Shown here piece after piece: positions 38,886 through 48,165 of a stretch of 59,870 nt of DNA. The position numbers and the translations under genes were made by a program. The notes beneath the pieces are model-generated. The model was not told the DNA's origin. It saw only the letters and a list, made by a program, of their open reading frames with translations, and ran no database searches. Source of the stretch: an uncultured bacterium (GTDB lineage Bacteria > Pseudomonadota > Gammaproteobacteria > Burkholderiales > CAIKXV01); contig CAIQON010000235.1 in the NCBI GenBank assembly GCA_903873475.1, positions 1 to 59,870 on the forward strand, read 5' to 3'. Every line of letters begins with the position of its first letter. The first letter of the stretch is position 1.

Positions 38886-38913
38886 GTACGTACCATGCAC
38901 ACATAGGTGTACA
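38886..38913. promoter_or_regulatory. Putative vapBC operator palindromes
   Basis: GTACGTAC (38886-38893) and TGCACAC-ATAG-GTGTACA (38896-38913) just before the RBS AAGGAG. Confidence 0.45.
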
Positions 38914-38929
38914 CACCAAGGAGCGATTC

Positions 38930-39196
38930 ATGGGTGCAGTGGTCAGCAGGGTGTTCCGCAACGGGAACGGTCAGGCGGTGCGGATTCCGCAGGAGTTCCG
39001 CCTTGATGCGACCCGTGTCGAGATCAGTCGCAATGGTGAAGGTGACCTCGTCCTGAAGCCGCTGGCGGAAGATCGTGGCCAGGCGCTGCTTGATGCGCTC
39101 GGGGCGTTCGATGACGACATGACGGCAGAGTTCACCGCGCTCGTGTCTGCGGATCGCAAGGAACAGGTGCCGGTCCAGGAGCGTGATGCGCTTTGA
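38930..39196 (+). CDS. vapB: AbrB/MazE-type antitoxin VapB
   Basis: VFRNGNGQAVRIPQEFR swapped-hairpin motif, C-terminal QERDAL; overlaps vapC. Confidence 0.9.
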   Translation: MGAVVSRVFRNGNGQAVRIPQEFRLDATRVEISRNGEGDLVLKPLAEDRGQALLDALGAFDDDMTAEFTALVSADRKEQVPVQERDAL

Positions 39197-39603
39197 ATTA
39201 CATGCTGGATACGGACACGCTGATCTATTTCATCAGGAACAAGCCGCCATCGGTGGCAGCCCGGTTGAACGGATTGCCTGCAGGTGACTCGATCTGCATG
39301 TCGTTCGTTTCGTGGGCGGAGTTGTTGAAGGGCGCCGAGGGTAGCAAGCTCAAGCATGAAGTCCTGAAGCGGCCTTCGGTCCTCGTGCAGAGCATCCCCG
39401 TGCGCTACCCCGCAGGGCCTGGCATCTGTTCGCACTACGCTGCTCAAGCCGCGCGCCTGAAGGCCGATGGGAGGCTCATCGGTGGCAACGACCTGTGGAT
39501 CGCGAGTCATTCGCTCGCCGAGGAGGCAACGCTGGTCACCAGCAATGTCGGCGAATTTCGCCGGATCCAGGGACTGCAGGTGGAGGACTGGGCTGGCAGG
39601 TGA
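39193..39603 (+). CDS. vapC: PIN-domain toxin VapC
   Basis: YMLDTD, WAELLKG, GNDLWIA, LVTSN..EFRRI; TTGA overlap with vapB. Confidence 0.9.
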   Translation: MNYMLDTDTLIYFIRNKPPSVAARLNGLPAGDSICMSFVSWAELLKGAEGSKLKHEVLKRPSVLVQSIPVRYPAGPGICSHYAAQAARLKADGRLIGGNDLWIASHSLAEEATLVTSNVGEFRRIQGLQVEDWAGR

Positions 39604-39643
39604 ACCAGCGGCTGTGAGCCAGCCCAGCGGGGCATGGACTTGG

Positions 39644-40456
39644 TCAGCAGAACCTTGGCGCCAGCTTCAGGTTGTGGCCTGGATAGGCGCGTGCGGTCTG
39701 CAGCAGTTTCATGTTGGCCATCGCGAGCGCCATCTCGATGCCGGCGGGCAGCGTGCGGATGATCGGGATTTCGCCGTATCCCTTGTCATCGAGCCGCTGG
39801 CGGATGCCGTCGGCCATCGCCTGCAGGTGTTCGCACGACAGGATGACCGAATCGGCGCGGTTCTCGTCGACCGCCGCGATGCATTCGGCCGCGAGGTCGT
39901 CCATGATCTTCATCAGGCCGGGATCCTGCAGACGTCCAGCCCAGTTCTCCTTGTACTTCGCGAGCAGCAGGTAGGACTCCGTCGACGTGTGCATCGGGAT
40001 GCGCACGCTGACCAGCTTGTCGCCGAAGCCGTACTTCCGGGCGAGGTGGCGCACGATCAGCGAAGAAGACGGTACGGTGTGGATCTCGCTCGTTCGTTCG
40101 CCGATCAGCGAGGCCACATGCAGCGCCGCGTGGATCGCTCCGGTCACGGCCACCTTGTCCTGCATCACCACGCGCGCCGCGATGAAACCCGGATCGATCC
40201 CGCCCGTGAGGACGATGCCGTCGTACTTGCCGCTGAGCCCGTAATGCTTGACGCGGTTCACGATGCCGACATTGATGACCGCCAGGACTTCTTCGTCGCG
40301 CGTCTCGGAGGCGCTGTCGACCATGTAGCCTTCGTCCACGTCGACCTCGACACCCTGCAATGCGCCGGTGCTGCGATAGTCCTCGATGAGGTAACGCAAC
40401 ACCCATCCCCATTCGACCGCGGGGTTCCGGTACGGTGGTATGGCAACCAGCCTCAT
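39644..40456 (-). CDS. Asp/Glu/hydantoin racemase family protein (first catalytic Cys absent)
   Basis: YDGIVLTGGIDPG, VTGAIHAALHVA, ADSVILSC; RBS AAGGAG. Confidence 0.78.
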   Translation of the reverse strand: MRLVAIPPYRNPAVEWGWVLRYLIEDYRSTGALQGVEVDVDEGYMVDSASETRDEEVLAVINVGIVNRVKHYGLSGKYDGIVLTGGIDPGFIAARVVMQDKVAVTGAIHAALHVASLIGERTSEIHTVPSSSLIVRHLARKYGFGDKLVSVRIPMHTSTESYLLLAKYKENWAGRLQDPGLMKIMDDLAAECIAAVDENRADSVILSCEHLQAMADGIRQRLDDKGYGEIPIIRTLPAGIEMALAMANMKLLQTARAYPGHNLKLAPRFC

Positions 40457-40498
40457 CTTCCAGCTCCTTTCGTGCGTCGGGATTCTTCTAACGACCTG

Positions 40499-41473
40499 TC
40501 ATTCGGCCTGGGCGATGCCTTCGGCCTTGATCACCCGGATCCATTTGTCGATCTCGGTGCGGATGAACGCTGCGAATTCCTCGGGCGCGCTGACGACGGG
40601 CGTATTGCCTGTCCTCACCAGGCGCGAGGCGGTGTCGGTCTGGGTCAATGCACGGCGCGATTCCGCATGCAGCCGCTGCACGATCTCGACCGGTACGCCG
40701 GCGGGGCCGTACAGTCCGTACCAGCCGGACACGTTGTAGCCGGGTACGCCCGACTCGGCGATCGTCGGTACATCCGGCAGTTCACTGAACCGGCCCAAGC
40801 CGGTCAGCGCAATGCCGCGCAATCGGCCGGCTCGGACGGGCTCCAGCAAGCCCGTGGTACTTGCGATCACGAATTCGATCTCGCCGCCGAGCAGCGCAGC
40901 GGTGGACGGGCCTGCGCCCTTGAACGGCACGTGTGTCCAGCGGATGCCGGCCATGGACTGGAACAAAGCGCCGGCCAGGTGGTTTATTCCGCCCGTCCCG
41001 GAGGACCCGTAGTTGAGCTTTCCCGGGTGCTGTTTCGCCAGCGTAATCAACTGTCCGACGGTCTTCACGGGCACCGAGGGGTGCGCCGCCAGCACGAACT
41101 GTCCTTCGGTCAGCTGCGACACGAAGGTGAAATCCTTGAGGGGATCGTACGGCAGCTTAGCTCGCATTCCGGGGTTGATCGAGAACTCCGGCGCCGAGAC
41201 GAGCAGGGTGTAGCCGTCGCCCGCGGTCTTGGAGACAAGGGTAGTGCCCGCGACTCCACCGCCTCCCGGGCGGTTGTCGACGATGAATGGAACACCCGTC
41301 TGCTCGCCGAGCTTCTGTGCGAGCAGGCGCGCCACGGTGTCCACGCCTCCGCCAGGTGCGAAAGGGACGATGATGCGGACGGGTCGTACGGGCCATCCTT
41401 GAGCCCAGGCCGGGAGGGCCAGCAGGCAGGCAAGGACCAGCCCCGCGCCGGACAACAATCGACGTCGGGTCAT
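40499..41473 (-). CDS. Bug/TctC substrate-binding protein (11), twin-arginine-like leader
   Basis: MTRRRLL; WPVRPVRIIVPFAPGGGVD; RBS AAGGAGG. Confidence 0.93.
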   Translation of the reverse strand: MTRRRLLSGAGLVLACLLALPAWAQGWPVRPVRIIVPFAPGGGVDTVARLLAQKLGEQTGVPFIVDNRPGGGGVAGTTLVSKTAGDGYTLLVSAPEFSINPGMRAKLPYDPLKDFTFVSQLTEGQFVLAAHPSVPVKTVGQLITLAKQHPGKLNYGSSGTGGINHLAGALFQSMAGIRWTHVPFKGAGPSTAALLGGEIEFVIASTTGLLEPVRAGRLRGIALTGLGRFSELPDVPTIAESGVPGYNVSGWYGLYGPAGVPVEIVQRLHAESRRALTQTDTASRLVRTGNTPVVSAPEEFAAFIRTEIDKWIRVIKAEGIAQAE

Positions 41474-41610
41474 CGTAAGCCTCCTTGGGTGCTCCCCGCC
41501 TTCATCGTTGGCTCTGCTGGCCGCGAGGCAGTGGACGCAGGAGAAGTCTAGACTTCGTCACGGCAGGTCCGCCATGCACTGCACTCGATAGCTACTATTC
41601 ATGTGAAAGA

Positions 41611-42567
41611 ATGAACATGCAGGCGATGGATCGCAGCGAATTGCGTCTGCTCCGAGTCTTCCGCATCCTGATGACGGAACGCAGCGTTTCGCGTGCGGCC
41701 GAGCGACTTGGGTTGAGCCAGCCGGCGATGAGCCATGCGCTGCAGCGACTGCGCGTGATGTTCGACGACCCGCTGCTCCTGCGATCGAGCAAGGGTATGG
41801 TGCCGACGGAACGCGCCAGCCAGATCATCGGCGTCGTCGATGGCCTGCTAGCGGACTACGACCGCCTCGTTTCGCCGCAGGGGCCGTTCGATCCCGCGCT
41901 TTCGCAGCGACGTTTCGTGCTGACCGCACCCGAGTATGCAGAGCACCTGCTGCTGCCACTATTGTTCAAGCACCTGCGTGAACACGCACCGGGCATCAGC
42001 GTGGAGGTACGCACCCCCGACCGCGATCGGGGTCCGATGTGGCTCGAGCGGGGCGAGGTCGACCTGCGCATCGCCTGGATCCTGAAGCCGCCACCCTCGC
42101 TGCGCTCGACGCCGCTGTTTCAGGACCGCATCGTCTGCATTGCCGATCGCGATCATCCGACCGTGCACGGCACGCTGTCGCTGGCGCAGTACCTTGCGCT
42201 GCCACATATCCGGTTGCTCGGCGGCGGGCGAACGACGGCAGGCCAGGTGATTGACGGGGCGATCGAGAAGGCCGGTGGCGGCTCGCGGCCGATGTTCCTC
42301 GTGCAGAATGTGTTGACCATACCGCTGATGGTCGTCGGCACCGACATGATCGCCACGCTGCCCCAGGCGCTTGCGGCACGCTTCAGGCAGCAGCATCCTG
42401 TGCAGGTGCTTGATGTGCCATTGCCATTGCCGCGGGTACGGTACGCGGCGTACTGGCATGAACGCAGCCATCGCGACGCCGGACACCGGTGGCTGCGCAG
42501 TGCAGTGGCGCTGGCTGCAAAAGGATGCATCGAGGCGCCGATGGACCCTGCCGGCGCGAGGACATAG
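41611..42567 (+). CDS. LysR family transcriptional regulator (NodD/NahR/LeuO-like)
   Basis: ERSVSRAAERLGLSQPAMSHALQRLR..FDDPLL HTH, FDPA, WHERSHRDAGHRWLR; divergent from the Bug-racemase pair. Confidence 0.93.
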   Translation: MNMQAMDRSELRLLRVFRILMTERSVSRAAERLGLSQPAMSHALQRLRVMFDDPLLLRSSKGMVPTERASQIIGVVDGLLADYDRLVSPQGPFDPALSQRRFVLTAPEYAEHLLLPLLFKHLREHAPGISVEVRTPDRDRGPMWLERGEVDLRIAWILKPPPSLRSTPLFQDRIVCIADRDHPTVHGTLSLAQYLALPHIRLLGGGRTTAGQVIDGAIEKAGGGSRPMFLVQNVLTIPLMVVGTDMIATLPQALAARFRQQHPVQVLDVPLPLPRVRYAAYWHERSHRDAGHRWLRSAVALAAKGCIEAPMDPAGART

Positions 42568-42588
42568 ACTCCAGCGACCGAGTTTGTC

Positions 42589-43590
42589 GTGTCGAAGCAA
42601 ACTGCGATGTCCCTGTCCAGATCCCTTGCCGTACTGCTGACGCTGCCCTGTGCCGCCTTCTTTCAGGCGCAGGCGCAGACTTTGAGCCCCGCTACCTGGC
42701 CCGACCGCCCGCTCCGCCTGATCGCCCCAGTCTCCCCCGGCGGCGGCGGCGACTTCTCCGCGCGGCTGCTGGCGAAGTCGCTGGCCGCTTCGCTGCGCCA
42801 GCCGGTGGTGGTCGACAACCGCCCCGGTGGTGGCGGCGTGCTGGGCACAGCACTGGCCGCACAGGCCCCGGCCGACGGCTACACGGTGCTCTGGGTGTCG
42901 GGCTCGCATGCGATCAGTGCCGCGTTCGAGCGCAACCTCCCCTATGACCCGTTGAAGTCGTTCGATCCGGTGGCGCTGTTCGCGAAGCTGCCGTTCATCC
43001 TGGTTGTGAGCCCGACGCTGAACGTCTCCACGCTGCCGGAACTGATTGCCCGTCTGCGTGCGAACCCGGGCAAGCTCAACTACGCCAGCAGCGGCATCGG
43101 CAGCATCTCGCACGTCGGGCTCGAGATGCTCAAGCTGATGGCCAAGGTCGACATGGTCAACGTGAACTTCAAGGGCGCAGCCCCGTCGATCGCGGCGCTG
43201 CTGTCCGGAGAGGTGCAGATGGCGATGCTCGGCCCGCTGTCGGTGAAGCCGCAGATCGCCAACGGCCGGCTGCGGGCGCTGGCGGTGAGCACTGCGAAGC
43301 GCTCACCGGCGCTGCCTGGCGTGCCGACTTTCGCCGAATCCGGCGTGCCGGGCTACGACATCGCATCCTGGTACGGCATGGTTGCGCCGCGTGGTGCGCC
43401 GCGGGCCGCGATCGAACGGCTCAACGCGGCGATCAACGCGGCCGCGGACGAGCCCGCGGTGCGCGAGGCGCTCGCCGAGGAAGGCGCCGAACTGGTGAAG
43501 GGTACGCCACAGGCGTTCGACGCGTTCCTGCGCGCGCAGGTCGCGCAGTTCGTCGCGCTGCGCGGCAAGGTCGACCTCCAGCTGCGCTGA
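42589..43590 (+). CDS. Bug/TctC substrate-binding protein (12)
   Basis: WPDRPLRLIAPVSPGGGGD, DNRPGGGG; start may be ATG 42607. Confidence 0.92.
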   Translation: MSKQTAMSLSRSLAVLLTLPCAAFFQAQAQTLSPATWPDRPLRLIAPVSPGGGGDFSARLLAKSLAASLRQPVVVDNRPGGGGVLGTALAAQAPADGYTVLWVSGSHAISAAFERNLPYDPLKSFDPVALFAKLPFILVVSPTLNVSTLPELIARLRANPGKLNYASSGIGSISHVGLEMLKLMAKVDMVNVNFKGAAPSIAALLSGEVQMAMLGPLSVKPQIANGRLRALAVSTAKRSPALPGVPTFAESGVPGYDIASWYGMVAPRGAPRAAIERLNAAINAAADEPAVREALAEEGAELVKGTPQAFDAFLRAQVAQFVALRGKVDLQLR

Positions 43591-43645
43591 CGCGATTGCG
43601 GCAAAGGCTGTACCGTAGCGATGCAACGCATCCCGGAGCCCCCGC

Positions 43646-45046
43646 ATGACCCGTGAATCCGCCGTCTCGCGCGCCACGCGCCACTTCGATGAAGGCCGCT
43701 TCATCGAGGACCTCGCACGCCGCGTCGCGATCCGCACCGAGAGCCAGGTGCCGGAGAGCCGTCCCCACCTCGATACCTACCTGCGCGACGAGATGACCGG
43801 TGCCTTCGAGGCGATGGGCTTCCGTGTCGAGATCCTGCCGAACCCGGTGGAAAGTGCCGGGCCGATCCTGCTCGCCGAGCGCATCGAAGACGAATCGCTG
43901 CCCACCATGCTCTGCTATGGCCACGGCGACGTGATCCGCGGCCTCGAGGGTCAATGGCGCGACGGCCTGTCGCCCTGGGTGCTGAAGCAGGAGGGCGAGC
44001 GCTGGTACGGACGCGGCTCGGCCGACAACAAGGCGCAGCACTCGATCAACATGGCGGCGCTCGCGATGGTGATCGCCGAGCGGGGCCGGCTCGGCTTCAA
44101 TGCGCGCTTCATGCTCGAGACCGGCGAGGAGATGGGCTCGCCCGGCCTGCGCGAGTTCTGCGACCGGCATCGCGACCGGCTGCGCGCCGATGTCCTGATC
44201 GCCTCCGACGGACCCAGGCTGTCGGCGCACAGGCCGACGCTCTACCTCGGTTCGCGTGGCGTGATGAACATCGACTTCGCGATCGACCTGCGCGAGGGCG
44301 CGCACCATTCGGGCAACTGGGGCGGGTTGCTGGCCAACCCGGGCATCGTGCTGGCGCATGCGCTGGCGAGCATCGTCACGCGCGAGGGCAAGGTGCTGGT
44401 GCCGGGCTTGCTGCCCGACGGGATCCCGGACAGCATCCGCGAAGTCCTGGTCGACTGCGCACCGCAGCCCGAGCCGGGCGAGCCGACGATCGACGAAGGC
44501 TGGGGTGAACCAGGCCTGACCACCGCGGAGAAGCTCTACGCGTGGAATACCTTCGAGGTGCTGGCATTCCGCACCGGCAACCCGGAAAACCCGGTCAACG
44601 CGATCCCCGGCCGGGCGACGGCCACCTGCCAGGTCCGCTTCGTGGCCGGCTGCGATCCCACGACCTTCGTGCCGATCCTGCGCAGCCACCTCGATGCCTC
44701 GGGATTCCCGATGGTGCGGGTGAGCCCGGCGCGCTCGAGCTTCATGCAGGCCACGCGCATGGACCCGAAGGATCCGTGGGTGCAGTGGGCCGCCGAGTCG
44801 ATGGAGCGCACCACTGGCGAGCGGCCAGCGATCCTGCCGAACATCGGCGGATCGCTGCCTAACGACTGCTTCGCGCACGTGCTGGGCCTGCCGACGCTGT
44901 GGGTGCCGCACTCCTATGCCGGCTGCTCGCAGCATGCACCGGACGAGCATGTGCTCGCGCCGGTCCTGCGCGAAGGCCTGCAACTGATGACCGGGCTGTT
45001 CTGGGACCTGGGCGAGAAGGACGCAGGCGCCGCCATTCGGCCTTGA
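43646..45046 (+). CDS. M20 family metallopeptidase/amidohydrolase
   Basis: YGHGDV, GRGSADNK, GEEMGS, SDG, HSGNWGG, QHAPDE. Confidence 0.93.
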   Translation: MTRESAVSRATRHFDEGRFIEDLARRVAIRTESQVPESRPHLDTYLRDEMTGAFEAMGFRVEILPNPVESAGPILLAERIEDESLPTMLCYGHGDVIRGLEGQWRDGLSPWVLKQEGERWYGRGSADNKAQHSINMAALAMVIAERGRLGFNARFMLETGEEMGSPGLREFCDRHRDRLRADVLIASDGPRLSAHRPTLYLGSRGVMNIDFAIDLREGAHHSGNWGGLLANPGIVLAHALASIVTREGKVLVPGLLPDGIPDSIREVLVDCAPQPEPGEPTIDEGWGEPGLTTAEKLYAWNTFEVLAFRTGNPENPVNAIPGRATATCQVRFVAGCDPTTFVPILRSHLDASGFPMVRVSPARSSFMQATRMDPKDPWVQWAAESMERTTGERPAILPNIGGSLPNDCFAHVLGLPTLWVPHSYAGCSQHAPDEHVLAPVLREGLQLMTGLFWDLGEKDAGAAIRP

Positions 45047-45078
45047 TTCCGGCGGCTCTCCTCTCTACCGAGCACTGT

Positions 45079-45864
45079 TCAGCCCCCGGTTTCCATCCGC
45101 GATCCGCCCGCCCCCGGGGCAGGGTGTCCTTCCATCCTCGAGGCGAGTTCCGGAGCAAGCCCGAGCGTGGCGACCGGCTCGGGCATGGCATGCGTGCCGG
45201 CAACCGCCTTCTGCAGTGCGAGTCCGCCCAGGGCTTCCGCGGCGGTCACCACCGCATGGACAGAATCGATGAGCGGGACGGGAACGCGATGCGCGATGCG
45301 CGACGCGAGCCCGGCCAGCCCGGCACCGCCGAGTATTACGGCTTCGGCACCGTCCTCCTCGACAGCCGCTACGCATTGCGCCGCGAGCAGCGCAAGGGCG
45401 GACTCGGGGTCGGCGGCGATGGCCGCTCCGGTCGGTGCCACCGTGCGCACCGAGGCGAGCCGGCTGGACAGTCCGATCGACAGCACGAACTCCTCCAGCA
45501 TCGGGCCCCAGCGCGTACCGCCGGTGACGATGGAGAACCGGGCGCCGCGCGAGGCCGCGAGCATGCAGGAGGCCTCCGCCATGCCGACCACCGGCTGGGT
45601 GGCGAGTTCCTTCAGCGCCGCGAGCCCGGGGTCGCCGAAGCAGGCAAGCACGATGACGTCGGCCGTGTCTCCGTGGCGTGCATAGGCATCGAGCGTCGAG
45701 TGGGCCGCGATCGCGGCAGCGGAGCGCGTGGTGATGTAGCGCGCACCGAACCGTCCGGTGGCACCGGCGACCGTCGTGCCGGGACGGGCGACGGCGCGGG
45801 CGGCGAGGACGACCTTGTCCGTGATCTCGGGACTGGTGTTCGGATTGATCAGGAGCAGGTTCAT
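45079..45864 (-). CDS. Asp/Glu/hydantoin racemase family protein (second catalytic Cys absent)
   Basis: LLLINPNTS, LACFGDPG, PVVGMAEA, ILGGAGL. Confidence 0.88.
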   Translation of the reverse strand: MNLLLINPNTSPEITDKVVLAARAVARPGTTVAGATGRFGARYITTRSAAAIAAHSTLDAYARHGDTADVIVLACFGDPGLAALKELATQPVVGMAEASCMLAASRGARFSIVTGGTRWGPMLEEFVLSIGLSSRLASVRTVAPTGAAIAADPESALALLAAQCVAAVEEDGAEAVILGGAGLAGLASRIAHRVPVPLIDSVHAVVTAAEALGGLALQKAVAGTHAMPEPVATLGLAPELASRMEGHPAPGAGGSRMETGG

Positions 45865-46031
45865 GTTCGGCGATGTACGACGGGGCTTCCACGCATTAGA
45901 CATCATGCGGCAGGGGCAGGCCAGCGGGCGCGGCAGCCTCGCGGGCGTTGACACGGCCAGCCGCGCCACCCCAAGCTCCGGTAGCTGCGCCGGCGCATCC
46001 GCCGGACGCATCCCGTGCGAAAGTGCTTCCG

Positions 46032-47024
46032 ATGTCCCGTCTTCTTCCCGTGCCGTGCCTGCAGCCGGCGATCGTCCTGCTGCTGGCCGGGCTGCTACCC
46101 CCATCGCTGGCGCAGGCGCAGGCCTGGCCGGCGAAGCCCATCCGCATGATCGTGCCGGTTGCACCGGGGGGTGGCGCGGACATCACGTCGCGTCTGATCG
46201 CCCAGAAGCTGTCCGAGCGCTTCGGGCAGCAGGTGATCGTCGACAACCGCTCGGGCGCGGGCGGCATCGTCGGCCTCGAGATGCTCGCGCGGTCCAACCC
46301 GGACGGCTACACGATCTCGCAGGGCGGGGTGGGTCCGCTGGCGGTGAACCCGAGCCTGTACGCGAAGCTGCCCTACGATCCGCTGAAGGATTTCGCGCCG
46401 ATCCTGCGCGCGGTGTCGGCGCTCAACGTGCTGGTGGTGCATCCGTCGCTGCCGGTGCAATCGGTCAAGGACCTCATCGCATTCGCGCGAGCCAACCCGG
46501 GCAAGCTCAACTACGGTTCATCGGGCGCGGGGCGCGCCGACCACCTCGCGGGTGAACTGTTCTCGATGATGGCCAGCGTGCGCATGCAGCACGTGCCGTA
46601 CAAGGGTGGCGGCCCGGCGATGACCGACCTGGTCGGCGGCAACCTGCAGCTGATCTTCGCCACCGTGTCGACTGCAGCCAGCCACATGAAGAGCGGCAAG
46701 GTGCGCACCATCGCCAACACCTCGGCCGTGCGATCCGACCTGTTCCCCGACCTGCCGACGATCGGCGAATCCGGCGTGCCCGGCTTCGCGATCGACAACT
46801 GGTACTCGTTCATCGCACCCGCCGGCACGCCTGCGCCCATCATCGACACGCTCAACGTCGAGATCGCCCGCACGCTGTCGCTGCCTGACGTGAAGGAGCG
46901 GCTGCACGTGCTGGGCATCGTGCCCTTCACCACGGCGCGGCCCGCCGAGTTCGCGCAGTACCTGCGCGCCGAGATCGCGAAGTACGCGAAGCTGGTGAAG
47001 GCCGTCGGCATCACGCCGGAATAA
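46032..47024 (+). CDS. Bug/TctC substrate-binding protein (13)
   Basis: WPAKPIRMIVPVAPGGGAD, DNRSGAGG, HVPYKGG; start approximate. Confidence 0.92.
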   Translation: MSRLLPVPCLQPAIVLLLAGLLPPSLAQAQAWPAKPIRMIVPVAPGGGADITSRLIAQKLSERFGQQVIVDNRSGAGGIVGLEMLARSNPDGYTISQGGVGPLAVNPSLYAKLPYDPLKDFAPILRAVSALNVLVVHPSLPVQSVKDLIAFARANPGKLNYGSSGAGRADHLAGELFSMMASVRMQHVPYKGGGPAMTDLVGGNLQLIFATVSTAASHMKSGKVRTIANTSAVRSDLFPDLPTIGESGVPGFAIDNWYSFIAPAGTPAPIIDTLNVEIARTLSLPDVKERLHVLGIVPFTTARPAEFAQYLRAEIAKYAKLVKAVGITPE

Positions 47025-47028
47025 TCCG

Positions 47029-48165
47029 ATGCCGCGCTTCCTGCACACCGCCGACTGGCAGATCGGCCGCCAGTACAGCCAGTTCCCGCCCGACGACGGC
47101 GTGCCGCTGGCCGAGGCGCGGCTCGAAGCGGTCGCGACGATCGCAAGGCTGGCCACCGAGCACGCGGTCGATGCGGTGCTGGTGGCCGGCGACGTGTTCG
47201 ATGCGCAGGCGGTCTCCGAGCGCACGATCCGCCGGCTGTTCGCGCAGCTTGCCGGCTTCGCGGGTCCCTGGCTGATGATCCCCGGCAACCACGATGCCGC
47301 GCTCGCCGAGAGCGTCTGGACCTGCGCGCGGCGCATCGGTGCGGTGCCGCCCAACGTCCACCTGGCCCTCGAACCGGGCGTGATCGACTTCGCGGCGCTC
47401 GGCTTCGTCGCGCTCGCGGCACCGCTGACCCAGCGCCATACCTACAACGACCTCACCGAGTGGTTCGATACCGCTGAGACCCCGCCGGGCCTGCTGCGCA
47501 TCGGCCTCGCGCACGGCTGCGTGCAGGGCCAGCTGGCCGAGGACATCGATTCGCCGAATCCGATCGGCGCCGACCGCGCACGCCGGTCGCGGCTCGACTA
47601 CCTCGCGCTCGGTGACTGGCATGGTTGCCGGCAGATGGACGAGCGCACCTGGTACAGCGGCACGCCCGAGCCAGACCGCTTCCGCGACAACGATCCCGGC
47701 CATGTGCTGCGCGTGGAGATCGACGCGCCGGGGGCGCTGCCGGTGGTGACGCGTATCGCGACCGGCCGCTACTGCTGGCGCACGCTCGAGGCCAGCCTGT
47801 CGGTGGCAAGCGACGTGGACCAGCTGGCCGCGACGCTCGCCGCTGCACGGCCGGCTGACGTGCTCTCGCTGCAGGTTGCCGGCGAAGTCGACCTGCCGGG
47901 GCTGGTACGCCTGCGCGAGGCGATCGGCCTGGCCGAGGCGGGCGTGCGCCACCTGCAGCAGGATCTCTCCGCCCTGCGGCTGGTGCCGACCGCGGAGGAT
48001 ATCGCCGGGCTCGATGCGGACGGCTACCTCGGCGAGCTGATCGCCGAGCTTCGGGACGCGCAGTCGCTGCGTACCGACCCCGAGGCAGCGCGGGTGGCCA
48101 GCCATGCGCTGACCCTGCTGGCCACCTTCCTGCTCGAGGGCCGTGGCGCGGAGTCCCCGGCATGA
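47029..48165 (+). CDS. SbcD/Mre11-like (YhaO-type) metallophosphoesterase DNA exonuclease
   Basis: HTADWQIG, AGDVFD, PGNHD, AHG, LGDWH, YSGTPE. Confidence 0.93.
   Translation: MPRFLHTADWQIGRQYSQFPPDDGVPLAEARLEAVATIARLATEHAVDAVLVAGDVFDAQAVSERTIRRLFAQLAGFAGPWLMIPGNHDAALAESVWTCARRIGAVPPNVHLALEPGVIDFAALGFVALAAPLTQRHTYNDLTEWFDTAETPPGLLRIGLAHGCVQGQLAEDIDSPNPIGADRARRSRLDYLALGDWHGCRQMDERTWYSGTPEPDRFRDNDPGHVLRVEIDAPGALPVVTRIATGRYCWRTLEASLSVASDVDQLAATLAAARPADVLSLQVAGEVDLPGLVRLREAIGLAEAGVRHLQQDLSALRLVPTAEDIAGLDADGYLGELIAELRDAQSLRTDPEAARVASHALTLLATFLLEGRGAESPA

Noticed and set aside
39590-39625. GTGAGCCAGC as a third WYL operator
   Set aside because: Only the right half-site is present, it lies between convergent gene ends, and it fits a local GGGCTGGC/GCCAGCCC hairpin better.
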